Source: an uncultured Chloroflexia bacterium
GTDB lineage: Bacteria > Chloroflexota > Limnocylindria > Limnocylindrales > CSP1-4
Direction of reading: 5' to 3'
DNA: 64,000 bases
Assembly: GCA_963766735.1 (NCBI GenBank)
Contig: CAVYBU010000002.1
Span: 192,001-256,000 of the forward strand
Every line of letters starts with the position of its first letter. Within the stretch, counting starts at the first letter, position 1. Below the pieces are notes generated by a model. It made no database searches and was not told where the DNA came from. It saw nothing but the letters and a program-made list of their open reading frames with translations. A program made the position numbers and the translations under genes. This document shows, one piece after another, positions 39,317-50,297 of the stretch.

Positions 39317-40587
39317 CTAGGTCTGGCGCGTGCCGCAGCGGCGGCAGAACCGTGCGTTGGCCGAGAGGGACAGCCCGCAGCCGACGCACGGCTGGGCGGT
39401 TGGAGCAGCGGCCGCGGTCGGCATGGTCGCCGGCGTCGCGGACAGGACCTCGCGCGCGGACGCGGCCCAGAGGGCGGAGGCGTCGCCCTGCGGGATCAAC
39501 TGGCGCCCGGCAAGGGTGGTGGGTGGGTCCCGATGAGCGCCAGGGGTCGGCCACGCGGGGGTGGTCGGCCACTGCGGCACCGGCGTGCCGTCATCGGGAG
39601 CCACGGTGAGCCACGGGGCCGGTCCTGAGGGAGCCGGAGCGGTTGGGGCGGCCGGCGGCGTGTCCTGCGGCGGCGTGGCGGCGACGGGCCAGGTGGGCTG
39701 CTGGACAACGTCGTCGGCGCGATGCTCAGGCTCGGCTGCGGCGACGGGCTCCGGCTCGAGCTCAGGCTCGGCTTCCGCGACCGGCTCCGGCTCCGGCTCG
39801 GCTCGGCTTCAGCGAACGGCTCAGGCTCGGCTGCGGCGACGGGCTCCGGCTCCAGCTCCCGCTCGGCTGCGGCGAGCTCCGGCTGTGGCTCGGCTGCGGC
39901 ATCGTCGGCGAGCTGCTGCGCTTCCCACGCGGCGATCGCCTCATCCAGCGACTGGCCGGGGACCAGGCCCTTGACCGGCGCCCCTTGGGCGCGCTCCGGT
40001 TCATCGGCTGCGACGTTGCTCGCTGCGACCAGGGCGGCGGCCCGCGCGATGGCCTCGGCGTCCTGATGTACCTCGACCGCCTCAGGCTCGGTTTCGACAG
40101 CATCGCCTGCTGCCGCCGACGCGATGCCGTCGGGCGGAACCGTGTCTCCGACGACGCGCGCCAGGCGGTCGACCGGGACGTCCGTCTCGGGCCAGGCGTC
40201 GGCCGGGATCGTTTCCTCGACGCTGGTGGCCCCGGCCACGGCGGCCGCCTCGGCGGCGGGCTCGAGCGTCGGGTCCGGCGCGCAGGTCAGGCAGCGACCC
40301 TCGTGGGTGTTCCAGCATGATCCGCACGTGTACTGGCGGCAGTCGAGACAGAAGTTGAAGGTCTGGTGAAACGCGTCGAGCTGGTGGGAGGTCGTCAACT
40401 GCTCCTCGGCGCTCCGCGCCTCGGCCATCGCCTCCGAGAAGGACGAGTCGTCGGTCATGACGAAGTTGCGGATGCCCTTCGAGAACACCTTCACGCGCCC
40501 GACGCGGGATTTGCGAGGCACGCTGGACTCGAACGTATAGCGGGTACCGCACCGTTCGCAGAACGACTCGGTGAGGATCTCGGTCAT
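39317..40587 (-). CDS. Hypothetical multi-zinc-finger protein with acidic EPE linker, frameshifted near 39802
   Basis: CERC, CLDCRQYTCGSCW..RCLTC at N-terminus; C-terminal CVGC..FCRRCG ribbon in another frame. Confidence 0.7.
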
Positions 40588-40758
40588 CAGGCCCCCGGGA
40601 ACTCGGATCTCGACGCGCGGCAGCGTTCCTGCCGGGCAAGCAGAGAGTATAGCCGCGTGCCCCTGCGAGCCCTCGTTCCGTCGTACTCCGGCCAATCGCC
40701 GTTGGTCCCTGCTCTCTCTGGCAAGCCGTGAGCTCCGCCTCTGGTAGGGTTCCGCGCG

Positions 40759-41712
40759 ATGGCTGCTGTCGCCGATCTTGAACGCCTTCTGGAACGTGTC
40801 TTCGAGCGCACGACCGCCCGGCTCTTCCGGGCCGGCATCCAGGTCGTTCAGCTCGAGCGGCGCGTGGAGCGCGCAATGGAAGGTGCCCGGACTCCCGATG
40901 GTTCCAGGATCGCCGTCCCGGCGCGATATCGCGTGCGGCTTCACCCGTCGGACCTCGAGGACGTGACGTCGCGTGCTGGTGGCGCCGACGCGGTTGCCGT
41001 CAGGCTGGCCGACAACGCGCTGACGTTTGCGCGCTCGCACGGCTATCACCTGGCGGGCCGGCCGGAGGTGTGGCTGATCGCGGACCCGGCGGTCGAACGC
41101 GGCCAGGTGGAGGTCAACGCCACCACCACGGGCACGCCGGGCCCGGTCCAGCGGAGCCCGGTCCAGCGGAGCCCGGTCCCGCCGCTCACCCCCCCAGCGT
41201 CCCCGCCTCCGGGACCGGAGGCTGCCGTTCCTCCGGCGAAGCCGGCCACGAGCACGCCCAATCCGGGGGCGGCCGTTGTCGCCGTGGACCCCGAACCAGC
41301 GCCCGCCGCATCGCCGTCGCCCCCCACGACTCCGGGGGTTCCCGCGGCGCCTGCGACCGGCCTCCGGGGCGATGGGTCGCAGACGCTGGTCTTCCGGCGC
41401 CCCGCGCCCCAGGCGGCCCAGGCGATCCTCCGCATCTCGGCCCGGGATGGCCGGGAGCGAACCATCCAAGTCGGCGGGGCCCCCCTCACCATCGGCCGTT
41501 CGAACGACAACGTTCTGGTCATCGACGATGGCCGGGTGTCGCGGCACCACGGACGCTTCCAGTCTCGCCGCGGCACGCTCGTCTACACGGATCTCGGCAG
41601 TACCAACGGATCTCGTGTCAACGGCGTCCGCGTCGACGAGATCGTCCTCGGTGAGGGCGACCGCCTCCAGGTCGGCGACATCGTGATGGTCGTCGAGAAG
41701 TTGCCGGGCTGA
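40759..41712 (+). CDS. fhaA: FhaA (DUF3662 + FHA domain)
   Basis: ERLLERVFE..ARLFR..IQ, Y.V.LHPSD, Pro-rich linker, IGRS..VSRHH..DLGSTNG. Confidence 0.88.
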   Translation: MAAVADLERLLERVFERTTARLFRAGIQVVQLERRVERAMEGARTPDGSRIAVPARYRVRLHPSDLEDVTSRAGGADAVAVRLADNALTFARSHGYHLAGRPEVWLIADPAVERGQVEVNATTTGTPGPVQRSPVQRSPVPPLTPPASPPPGPEAAVPPAKPATSTPNPGAAVVAVDPEPAPAASPSPPTTPGVPAAPATGLRGDGSQTLVFRRPAPQAAQAILRISARDGRERTIQVGGAPLTIGRSNDNVLVIDDGRVSRHHGRFQSRRGTLVYTDLGSTNGSRVNGVRVDEIVLGEGDRLQVGDIVMVVEKLPG

Positions 41713-41715
41713 CCC

Positions 41716-42150
41716 ATGGACGGCATGGTGCTCACCCTGTGGCTGGTGCGTCTCCTGTTCCTGGCGCTCCTGTACGTGTTCCTGTTCGCGGTGGTTCGGG
41801 TCCTGTTGCGGGATCTGCGGGTCGCGTCGCGCGGCCCGGCGGAGCTCGGGCGGCTGGTCGTCGCCGCGTCGCCGCGCGGCGAGCCTGTTCGCGGCGCCTC
41901 GCTTCCGCTGGATGCGGTCACAACGATCGGACGCGACGTCAACAACAGCATCGTCGTGGACGACCCGTTCGCGTCCGCGGACCACGCGGTGCTGACGTTC
42001 CGCGGCCGCGCCTGGTACGTCGAGGATCTCGCCAGCACGAACGGGACCTATGTCAACGGCGTCAAGGTGGAGGGCGTCGCCGAGATGGGCTTCGGGGATG
42101 AGCTCCAGGTGGGCGAGGTCCGCCTTCGCCTCGATCGGGGGCGCTCGTGA
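41716..42150 (+). CDS. fhaB: FHA domain membrane protein (FhaB/FipA-like)
   Basis: RLLFLALLYVFL TM, IGR..S..HA..EDLASTNGT. Confidence 0.88.
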   Translation: MDGMVLTLWLVRLLFLALLYVFLFAVVRVLLRDLRVASRGPAELGRLVVAASPRGEPVRGASLPLDAVTTIGRDVNNSIVVDDPFASADHAVLTFRGRAWYVEDLASTNGTYVNGVKVEGVAEMGFGDELQVGEVRLRLDRGRS

Positions 42151-43607
42151 GCGTCGCGGCGCAGGCTCGTCCGTTCGCCGGTGCCGGGCCGCGGATCAGG
42201 CCGCGCCTGCGGACCACGGAGACCGGGTTGCTGGCGCTGGTCGCGCTGACCCTCCTCGTGGGAGCCGCTGCCCTCGGTGCGACACAGAGGCTCATCGAGG
42301 CAGCCACGGCTGGGCAGACTCCGACGGCGCTCGACTTCGGGGCACCGGATCCGGTCGCTCTTGCCGTCTATCTCGGCACGATCGGCATCGTCCACGTCGT
42401 GTTCATCCTGGCCGGCCGCCGGATCGACCAGGTGCTGCTGCCGGCCGTCGCGCTGCTGGGCGGCATCGGCCTGCTGCTGATGCAACGGCTGCCGCAGGAC
42501 CTCGTGGAGCAGGAGCTCTTCGGACTGGTCCTCGGCCTGGGCCAGCTCCAGGCGATGTGGCTCCTGATCGCGATGGCGGTCATCGGCATGCTCGCCCTCA
42601 CCGTCCGCTCGGACGCCTGGCTGCGCAACTACAAGTACACCTGGGCCGCAGTCGGCATCGGCCTGTTGCTGCTGACCTTCATCTTCGGCAGCGACGTCAA
42701 CGGCGCCCGGCTCACGCTCTCGATCGGTCCTATCTCGGGTCAGCCGTCGGAGCTGCTCAAGGTCATCCTGGTCGTGTTCCTGGCCGGCTATCTGTCGGAG
42801 AACCGCTCGCTCCTCGCCGAGGAGAGCACCAGGCTTGGGCCGTTGCGCCTGCCACCGATCCCATACCTCGCGCCGATGGGCGCCATGTGGGCGATCGCCC
42901 TGGGGGTCGTGGTCGTCCAGCGGGATCTCGGGGCCGCACTCCTGTTCTTCGCGGTCTTCCTGGCGATGCTCTACGTGGCAACCGGGCGGGTCTCCTACGT
43001 GGTTGGCGGCCTGCTCCTGTTCATCGCCGGCGCGTTCGTGCTCTACAACCTGTTCGGCCACGTCCAGCAGCGGGTGGACAACTGGCTGGACCCCTGGGTC
43101 GATCCGTCCGGCGCCGGCTTCCAGGTTGTCCAGGCGCTGTACGCGTTCGGCCGGGGCGGCCTGCTGGGCGTGGGGCTGGGCGGCGGCCTGCCCACGATCG
43201 GCGGGCGGCTGCCGGTGCCGGCCGTCCATACGGACTACCCGCTGGCGGCGCTCGGCGAGGAGCTGGGGCTCATCGGCCTGCTCGCGACCCTGGGGCTGTA
43301 CCTGGTGGTGGTGGAGCGGGGCTTGCGGATCGCGGCGGCGGCGCGCGACGACTTCCGATCCGTCCTCGCCGCCGGCCTGGCGCTGGTGATGGGCATCCAG
43401 GCGTTCATCATCGCGGCCGGCAATCTCAAGCTGATCCCGCTCACGGGGATCACGCTGCCGCTGATCTCCTACGGCGGCTCCTCCCTGCTGGCAAACGCGA
43501 TCGTGGTCGGTCTCCTCCTGGCCCTCTCGGACCGGGGTGCCGGGGCACCTGCACCACCGCAGCACCGGCGCGGGCCCGTCGCGCGCCTCAGGCGGTCCGG
43601 CGCATGA
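42147..43607 (+). CDS. rodA: SEDS family glycosyltransferase RodA/FtsW
   Basis: QPSELLK, QRDLG, HTDY...GEELG, P.TGITLP.ISYGGSS. Confidence 0.92.
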   Translation: MSVAAQARPFAGAGPRIRPRLRTTETGLLALVALTLLVGAAALGATQRLIEAATAGQTPTALDFGAPDPVALAVYLGTIGIVHVVFILAGRRIDQVLLPAVALLGGIGLLLMQRLPQDLVEQELFGLVLGLGQLQAMWLLIAMAVIGMLALTVRSDAWLRNYKYTWAAVGIGLLLLTFIFGSDVNGARLTLSIGPISGQPSELLKVILVVFLAGYLSENRSLLAEESTRLGPLRLPPIPYLAPMGAMWAIALGVVVVQRDLGAALLFFAVFLAMLYVATGRVSYVVGGLLLFIAGAFVLYNLFGHVQQRVDNWLDPWVDPSGAGFQVVQALYAFGRGGLLGVGLGGGLPTIGGRLPVPAVHTDYPLAALGEELGLIGLLATLGLYLVVVERGLRIAAAARDDFRSVLAAGLALVMGIQAFIIAAGNLKLIPLTGITLPLISYGGSSLLANAIVVGLLLALSDRGAGAPAPPQHRRGPVARLRRSGA

Positions 43608-45214
43608 GCGAGACCCAGGACGTCGCAATCTCCGGCGCGGGTGGCACCGCGGCCGGCGCGGCCGGGGCGGCGGCCAGGCGCCCAGGCACGGCTGACGCAC
43701 GCTCGGGTGCGGCCGGCGGTCGGCCCGGTCCGCCGCCGATCGGGGCCAGCATCTTCCGGACCGGGCTGGCTCTTGCCTGTGCGTTCGCCGTCCTGGCCAT
43801 CGGTGCCGGGTGGTGGCAGGTCGTCGAGGCCCAGGGCCTGGCGACCGCGGCGGACAACCCGGCGGTCATCGCGCTGGCGCGGCGGACCCTGCGCGGCCCT
43901 ATCGTGGATCGGCGGGGCCAGTGGCTGGCGAAGAGCGACCGCGATGAGAACGGCGAGGCCACCCGCCGCTATCGCGACACGTCGGTCAGCCACGTCGTCG
44001 GGTATGCCTCCCGCCAGTTCGGCACCAGCGGCCTCGAGCGCTCCTACAACGCCCAGCTGCTTGGCCTCGTGGGCTCGGACCCATTCGGCGGGTTCGCGTC
44101 CAAGTTCGACCTCGCGCCGCGGGACCCGCTTGGTCTCCGGCTGGCGCTGGACCTGCGCCTGCAACGGGCGGCACTCAAGGCACTCGGTCGCGACTTCGGC
44201 GCCGTCGTGATGATCGATCCCACGACCGGCGAGGTCCTGGCGCTGGCGTCCACGCCCACGTACGACGCCTCGGCCGTCGCCGATCCGGAGACGGCGGCGG
44301 ATGCGTTCGGGGCCCTTCGCCAGGACAAGACGAACCCCCTGCTGCCGCGGGCGACACTCGGCCGGTACGTGCCCGGTTCCGTGTTCAAGATCGTGACTGC
44401 CGCCGCTGCTCTGGACAGCCGGTCCATCACGCCGGAGACGACGTTCGCGGAGCAGCCGCCGGCCGAGAAGAAGGGACTGCTGGTGAGCGGTTTTCGGATC
44501 CGTGACGGCCATCATCCCGAAACCGGGAGCACGCCCCTGAACCTGGCCGATGCGACCGAGGCGAGCTGCAACATCTTCTACTCGCTTGCCGGACTGCGCA
44601 CGGGCGGCGGAAGCCTGACGTCGACTGCCGCCGATTTCGGGTTCGGCACACCCATCCCATTCGACCTGCCGACCGCGATCAGCCAGGTGACATCCGGCGG
44701 CGGCAGCGCCCCGGGCGGCTTCGCGGACGATGTCGAGCTGGCGTCGGCTTCGTTCGGGCAGGCCGAAACCTATGTCACTCCGATCCAGATGGCGCTGGTT
44801 GCGGCCACCGTGGCCAACGACGGCATCCTGATGAAGCCCCACCTGGTGACCGCGCTCACGGGCGATGGCTCGGGAGCGCGGACCATCGAGCCCGAGGTCT
44901 GGCGCCGCGTGCTGGCGGGCAATGACGCCCGGGCGATCCAGGCGGCGATGCGGCAGGCCGTGGAGGGGCCGATCGGGCGCCAGTTCACGTCCGGGGCGAA
45001 GGTCGCCGGTGTGCCCACGGCGGGCAAATCCGGGACGGCGGAGCTGGGCGGGTCCGGGGAGCCCCATTCCTGGTTCATCGGTTTCGCCCCGGTCGAGAAC
45101 CCGAAGGTTGCGATCGCCGTGCTGGTCGAGCGGGGCGGGCGGGGAGGGGACCGGGCGGCGCCGCTGGCCGGCGCCCTGCTGACGAAGTACTTCGAGCTGT
45201 ACGGACGGCCGTAG
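43604..45214 (+). CDS. pbpA: Class B penicillin-binding protein
   Basis: PGSVFK (SxxK), SCN, KSG; RG.I.DR; follows rodA. Confidence 0.9.
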   Translation: MSETQDVAISGAGGTAAGAAGAAARRPGTADARSGAAGGRPGPPPIGASIFRTGLALACAFAVLAIGAGWWQVVEAQGLATAADNPAVIALARRTLRGPIVDRRGQWLAKSDRDENGEATRRYRDTSVSHVVGYASRQFGTSGLERSYNAQLLGLVGSDPFGGFASKFDLAPRDPLGLRLALDLRLQRAALKALGRDFGAVVMIDPTTGEVLALASTPTYDASAVADPETAADAFGALRQDKTNPLLPRATLGRYVPGSVFKIVTAAAALDSRSITPETTFAEQPPAEKKGLLVSGFRIRDGHHPETGSTPLNLADATEASCNIFYSLAGLRTGGGSLTSTAADFGFGTPIPFDLPTAISQVTSGGGSAPGGFADDVELASASFGQAETYVTPIQMALVAATVANDGILMKPHLVTALTGDGSGARTIEPEVWRRVLAGNDARAIQAAMRQAVEGPIGRQFTSGAKVAGVPTAGKSGTAELGGSGEPHSWFIGFAPVENPKVAIAVLVERGGRGGDRAAPLAGALLTKYFELYGRP

Positions 45215-45251
45215 ACACGGGCGCAGCGCCGGACCGGGTACGCTGCCCGCG

Positions 45252-45572
45252 ATGACCAACCCCCTCGAGAGCCCGACCGTGGACCCAGGGGCGACCGTGT
45301 CGCCCGCGGCAGGCGTGTCGCCCGCGGCAGGCGTGTCGCCCGAGGTGCCGGTCGTCCGGTCCCAAGCACCCTCAGCTCCGGCCACGGACCTGCGGCCGCG
45401 CCCGCTCATCGAGCGGATCGGGATGGCGGCGATCGCGCTCGTGATCGGGGGGCTGTTCGTCTTCGTCGCGCTGGCGGCCTTCATCGGCGGTGAGCCGTTC
45501 CTGGGCGTCATGGGGGCGGCCGGCGCGGTGATGGTCCTATGGCTGGGCGGGCTCACGCTGATCCGGGGCTGA
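45252..45572 (+). CDS. Small two-TM hypothetical protein with 18-bp repeat (VSPAAG)
   Basis: Two hydrophobic helices; cgtgtcgcccgcggcagg x2.6 at 45296-45342. Confidence 0.7.
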   Translation: MTNPLESPTVDPGATVSPAAGVSPAAGVSPEVPVVRSQAPSAPATDLRPRPLIERIGMAAIALVIGGLFVFVALAAFIGGEPFLGVMGAAGAVMVLWLGGLTLIRG

Positions 45573-45724
45573 CAGCCTCTTGCCGGTTGCGGTCGTACAC
45601 TGGCGTGGCACGACGTGGCGGCGTTCCGATCCTGTTGCGCCACGTCACCAAGCGGGGGAGCCTGACGTCTCGGCAAGCCGGGATCGGGAGGTCGCGGTCG
45701 GGAGCCGCAGACGACGGGAGTCCG

Positions 45725-46711
45725 ATGAGCAATATCCAGCAGGTTGGTGACAAGGTCCTCGCCAACGTCGAGCGCGTCATCGTCGGGAAGCACGACGAGG
45801 TCCGGCTGGCGCTGGTCGCCCTCCTGTGTCGCGGCCACCTCCTGATCGAGGATGTCCCCGGCACCGGCAAGACGGTCCTCGCGAAGGCAATCGCCCGCAG
45901 CCTCGGGTGCACGTTCCGGAGAATCCAGTTCACCCCGGACCTTCTGCCCTCGGACGTGACCGGCCTGTCGATCTACAACCAGAAGACCCAGGAGTTCGAG
46001 TTCCGGCCCGGTCCGATCATGAGCCAGGTCGTGCTCGCAGACGAGATCAACCGGGCCACGCCCAAGACCCAGAGCTCCCTCCTCGAGTGCATGGAGGAGC
46101 ACCAGGCGACCATCGACGGCGTCTCGCATCTCATGCCGGACCCGTTCCTCGTCATCGCCACGCAGAACCCGATCGAGTACGAGGGCACCTTCGCGCTCCC
46201 CGAGGCGCAGCTGGACCGGTTCATGCTGCGCATCCGCCTCGGCTACCCCGCCCTGCTGGACGAGGTGCTGATCCTGGACGAGCAGAAGCGGGCCCACCCG
46301 CTCGACGTGCTGACCGAGGTCTGCTCTGGGGATGAGCTCCGCGCGCTCCAGGCCTCGGTGCGCGACATCTACGTGGACCCCGCCGTGAGCGACTACATCG
46401 TCAGGCTCGTCGCGTCGACCCGGACCCACCCGGACGTCTACCTCGGAGCAAGCCCTCGGGGTTCGATCGCCCTCTACCGCGCCTCGCAGGCTCTTGCCGG
46501 GCTCCTGGGCCGGGACTACGTGATCCCGGACGACGTCAAGGTGCTGTCGGAGCCCGCACTCGCGCACCGCGTGATCATCAAGACCAGCTCATCGATCCAC
46601 GACGTCAGCGCCGCGCAGGTGGTGCGTGAGCTCCTGGAGGCCACCCCGATCGAGGCCGCCCGCCAGGCAGGCGGTCCGCGCGAAGTCCGTCCCAGCCCCG
46701 CCGCGGGCTGA
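45725..46711 (+). CDS. moxR: MoxR family AAA+ ATPase
   Basis: [48 protein letters not shown]. Confidence 0.95.
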   Translation: MSNIQQVGDKVLANVERVIVGKHDEVRLALVALLCRGHLLIEDVPGTGKTVLAKAIARSLGCTFRRIQFTPDLLPSDVTGLSIYNQKTQEFEFRPGPIMSQVVLADEINRATPKTQSSLLECMEEHQATIDGVSHLMPDPFLVIATQNPIEYEGTFALPEAQLDRFMLRIRLGYPALLDEVLILDEQKRAHPLDVLTEVCSGDELRALQASVRDIYVDPAVSDYIVRLVASTRTHPDVYLGASPRGSIALYRASQALAGLLGRDYVIPDDVKVLSEPALAHRVIIKTSSSIHDVSAAQVVRELLEATPIEAARQAGGPREVRPSPAAG

Positions 46712-46750
46712 TCGGGACGCACCGGACCCTCGTCGGGAGGATCGACCACC

Positions 46751-47978
46751 GTGTTGCGCCGACTCCAGCTCCTCGTCCTGATCGCCATCCTCGTGGTGGC
46801 GGCGTTCTCGACCGGCTGGGGGTTCCTGTTCTTCCTCGTCTACCTCGGCCTGCTCATCGGGGGCGGCAGCTACATCCTGACCCGCCTCGGCCTGGCAGAC
46901 CTGGAGGCGGGCTATGCGGTGAGCCAGCTGACCGGCCACGTCGGTGACCGGCTGCGGGTGACCTACACGCTGCGCAACACGGGACGAATGCACAAGCCAT
47001 GGCTGGAGGTCCACAACCCGACGAGCCTCCCGGGCGGTCTCCCGGGCCGGGCCCTGTCCGTCGGCGCACGTCACGAGCGCTCGTGGCTGGTCCGCACCCA
47101 GCTCACGCGACGGGGTCACTTCCGGATCGATCCGCTCCAGATCCGGACGGGCGACCCGTTCGGGTTCTTCGAGGCAGCAGCCGGTGTCGGTCACGGGGTC
47201 ACGCTGGTCGTCTACCCGCGCATCGACGCGCTGCCCCTGTGGCGGCTTCCCCCGGCCAACATCGAGGGCTCTCACGCCTCCCCGGAACGCACCCTGCAGA
47301 CCACGCCCCTTGCGACGACCGTCCGCCCGTATGCCCCGGGCGACTCGATGAACCGGATCCACTGGCGGAGCACGGCCCGCACCGGCGAGATCCAGGTCAA
47401 GGAGTTCGAGCTGGAACAGACCACTGACGCGTGGCTGTTCCTGGACATGGACGAGGCATTCGCCGCCGGGGAGGGCGACGAATTCGGCCACCGAGGTCGC
47501 GGTGCGCGCGGCCGCGTCGATCGCCGACAAGGCCCTGGCCGAGAACCGTGCCGTCGGCATCACGGTCAATGGCCACCGGCTCACCGTTCTTACTCCTGAC
47601 CGCGGGGCGCGCCAGAGGCTCAAGATCCTCCAGCTGCTCGCCGCGGTTGAGGCGGACGGCCGCACGCCCCTGGATGAGGCTCTCATCGCGGGGATCGGCC
47701 GTCTGCGGCGTGGCATGACCGCGATCGTGATCACGGCGTCGCAGGATCCGTCGTTCATCCGGCCCCTCGCCGCTCTCCGGACACGAGGCATCGGCACGGT
47801 CGTCATCCACCTGGACCTGGCTGCATTCGCACCAGATCCTGATCAAGGCCCCGATCCCGATGGCCTGGATACGCGCCGCCAGCAGGCACGAGCCGTGCGT
47901 CACGCCCTGGCCGAGTCCCAGCTGACGACCTACGCCCTGGGCCCGGACCGGTCGTTGGCCGAGGCCCTGGCGGGATGA
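46751..47978 (+). CDS. DUF58 (vWA-like) protein, frameshifted near 47484
   Basis: [34 protein letters not shown]; C-terminus continues in +1 frame. Confidence 0.85.
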
Positions 47979-50266
47979 GTGAGGAGCCGGTGATCGGACG
48001 GCGGCTGGGACGGCCCGCGGAGGGCTGGTTCACCCTCGGCCTGGTGCTGGTCATGGTCCTGGTGCTGGCCTGGGCCATCGACGATCCCGCCTGGGTGGCC
48101 GGCAACCAGGCGCGGACCGACGGGCTCGCGCTCTTCGCCCTGCTGGGCATGGCGGTGGGCCTGATCGGCCCGAAGGTGGGCTGGGGGCGCTGGACCACAC
48201 ACCTCACCGGCGCCCTGTTCGCGGGTCTCCTCATCCCGGTGTTCGCGGGCTGGGCGTTCAAGGCCGACATCCCCGCGGGCGAGGCCTTCCGTCTCACGGC
48301 CGAGGGCACGACCCAGGCATACCTGGACATCGCCTGGCGCGGGCGACAGTTCACCACGCAGGAGATCCACTACGTCCTCGTGCTCGGGGCGCTCGTCTGG
48401 GGCACCGCCCAGTTCGTCTCGTACGCCGTCTTCGGCCACCGACGCCCCCTCGTCGCCGTGCTGATCGGCGGCACCATCCTGGTCGGGAACATGTCGCTCA
48501 CGAGCCGGGATCAGCTCGTCTACCTCATCATGTTTGCCGGTGCGTCGCTGTTCCTGCTCATCGAGATGCACGCCTTCGACGAGAAGACAGCGTGGGTCCG
48601 GCGCCGGATCGGTGACCCGAGCGCGATCTCGAGCCACTACCTGCGGAGCGGGGCGGTGTTCATCGTTGCCGCCCTGCTCGGATCGCTCGTCCTCACCGCA
48701 CGCGCGGCGTCCGCGCCGCTGGCGGGTGCCTGGGAGGGCGTCAACGACCAGCTCATCGAGATCGGGGAGTCGATCTCCCGGGTGTTCCCGGTTGGCGGCG
48801 ACGTGCGGAGTGGGGCGGGCGTCAACTTCGGTTCCAGCGCGCGCATCTCTGACCGCTGGACCGAGGATCCCGGGATCGCGTTCGAGGCCGCCGTCCCGCC
48901 CGGCGCTCCCGACCTGTACTGGCGCGCCGCCACCTACGACTCCTTCGTCCTCGGTGGCTGGGAGCAGACCGAGGTGACACGGGCGCCCGTGGAGCCGGGG
49001 ATGCCGCTCCTCGCAGGAACCCCGGAGGACCCTCAGCCCGAGCTGACGCGCGAGATCCGGGTCTCTGTCCGCCCGGACACATACCGTTCATCGCTGCTGT
49101 TGAGCCCGGGCACGCCGACCTTCCTGGACCGCCGGGCCACCGTGCTGGTCGGCGGTGGCGGGGGCTGGTTTGCGGGCGTGGAAGTCCCCGGAGAACGGAA
49201 CGGATACACCGTGACCACCAGCCTCCTCCGTCTCGACGAGGACGACGTGATCAGCGAGAACCGGCTCAGGGCCGCAACGGAGGACTACCCGCCGGACATC
49301 ACGGCGCGCTACAGGGAGGTTCCGGACGGGGCCATCGGTCGGGATGCCGAGGCGCTGCTGGCGACCATTCTTGCCCGCTCGCCCAGCAGAGACCCCTACG
49401 ACATCGCGGACACGATGCGCGAATACCTGCGAAGCGACGCGTTCTTCTACACGACGGATGTCCGCGACGTCGCCTGTGACGACGGCGCGGTCGAGTGCTT
49501 CGCCCGCCACAAGCGGGGCTACTGCCTGCACTACGCGTCCACGATGGCGATCCTGCTGCGGGCCGCGAACCCCGACAATCCGATCCCGACTCGCCTGGTG
49601 CAGGGCTTCCTGCCGGGCACGCGGGCCGGCACAGTGGAGACCGTGCGCAACCTTGGTGCGCACGCCTGGGTGGAGGTCTACTTCCCGGGCTATGGCTGGA
49701 TCCCGTTCGACCCCACCGGCGGGGGTGTCGGCCGACCGAACACCATCCTGCCCGGCCCGGAGGTGCCCAGCGCCGCCCCGGTGCCGCTTCGGAGCACCGA
49801 CCCCAACCAGCCGGCTCCCACGCGGCGCATCGACCCGAACCTGCTGGAGGATGGCGCTGGTGGTGGCCCGACGCCGGGCAGCGGGACCGATGACCGTGGA
49901 CTGCTGATCGTGATGACGATGATCCTTGGCGGGCTCGTGCTGGCCGCGGCGCTCGCCGCCTGGGTCCGCGGCCCGCGGGGCGAGGTTAGCCCCGACGCGG
50001 CGTGGCGGGGGATGGCCCGCTCGGCGTCGCGCTTCGGGGTCGCGCCACGCCCGACGCAGACCGTGTACGAGTACGCCGCGACGCTGGGCGAGATGATCCC
50101 GGTTGCCCGGGATGACCTGCAGGTCGTCGCGACGGCCAAGGTCGAAACGACCTACGCGAGCATTCATCTCAGCGGTGACCGCCTGGACGCGGTCCGGGCC
50201 GCGACCAGGCGGCTGCGGTTCTCCCTGGTGCGGCTGCTCTTCCGACGTCGGGGCCGCCGGCACTAG
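47975..50266 (+). CDS. TgpA-like membrane transglutaminase domain protein
   Basis: Multi-TM N-terminus, [16 protein letters not shown] (Cys), HAWVEVY (His), FDPT (Asp), C-terminal QT..EYA. Confidence 0.92.
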   Translation: MSEEPVIGRRLGRPAEGWFTLGLVLVMVLVLAWAIDDPAWVAGNQARTDGLALFALLGMAVGLIGPKVGWGRWTTHLTGALFAGLLIPVFAGWAFKADIPAGEAFRLTAEGTTQAYLDIAWRGRQFTTQEIHYVLVLGALVWGTAQFVSYAVFGHRRPLVAVLIGGTILVGNMSLTSRDQLVYLIMFAGASLFLLIEMHAFDEKTAWVRRRIGDPSAISSHYLRSGAVFIVAALLGSLVLTARAASAPLAGAWEGVNDQLIEIGESISRVFPVGGDVRSGAGVNFGSSARISDRWTEDPGIAFEAAVPPGAPDLYWRAATYDSFVLGGWEQTEVTRAPVEPGMPLLAGTPEDPQPELTREIRVSVRPDTYRSSLLLSPGTPTFLDRRATVLVGGGGGWFAGVEVPGERNGYTVTTSLLRLDEDDVISENRLRAATEDYPPDITARYREVPDGAIGRDAEALLATILARSPSRDPYDIADTMREYLRSDAFFYTTDVRDVACDDGAVECFARHKRGYCLHYASTMAILLRAANPDNPIPTRLVQGFLPGTRAGTVETVRNLGAHAWVEVYFPGYGWIPFDPTGGGVGRPNTILPGPEVPSAAPVPLRSTDPNQPAPTRRIDPNLLEDGAGGGPTPGSGTDDRGLLIVMTMILGGLVLAAALAAWVRGPRGEVSPDAAWRGMARSASRFGVAPRPTQTVYEYAATLGEMIPVARDDLQVVATAKVETTYASIHLSGDRLDAVRAATRRLRFSLVRLLFRRRGRRH

Positions 50267-50297
50267 GTCCGATCGGACGCAACGCCCCCGGCCCGGG

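Noticed and set aside
42050-43603. Apparent 1054-aa PBP with long N-terminal extension
   Set aside because: The extension overlaps rodA in another frame and is Arg/Pro/Gly noise; the real start is the ATG at 43604 overlapping the rodA stop.
45725-50266. moxR-DUF58-transglutaminase as a novel system
   Set aside because: This is a well-known, widespread three-gene arrangement.
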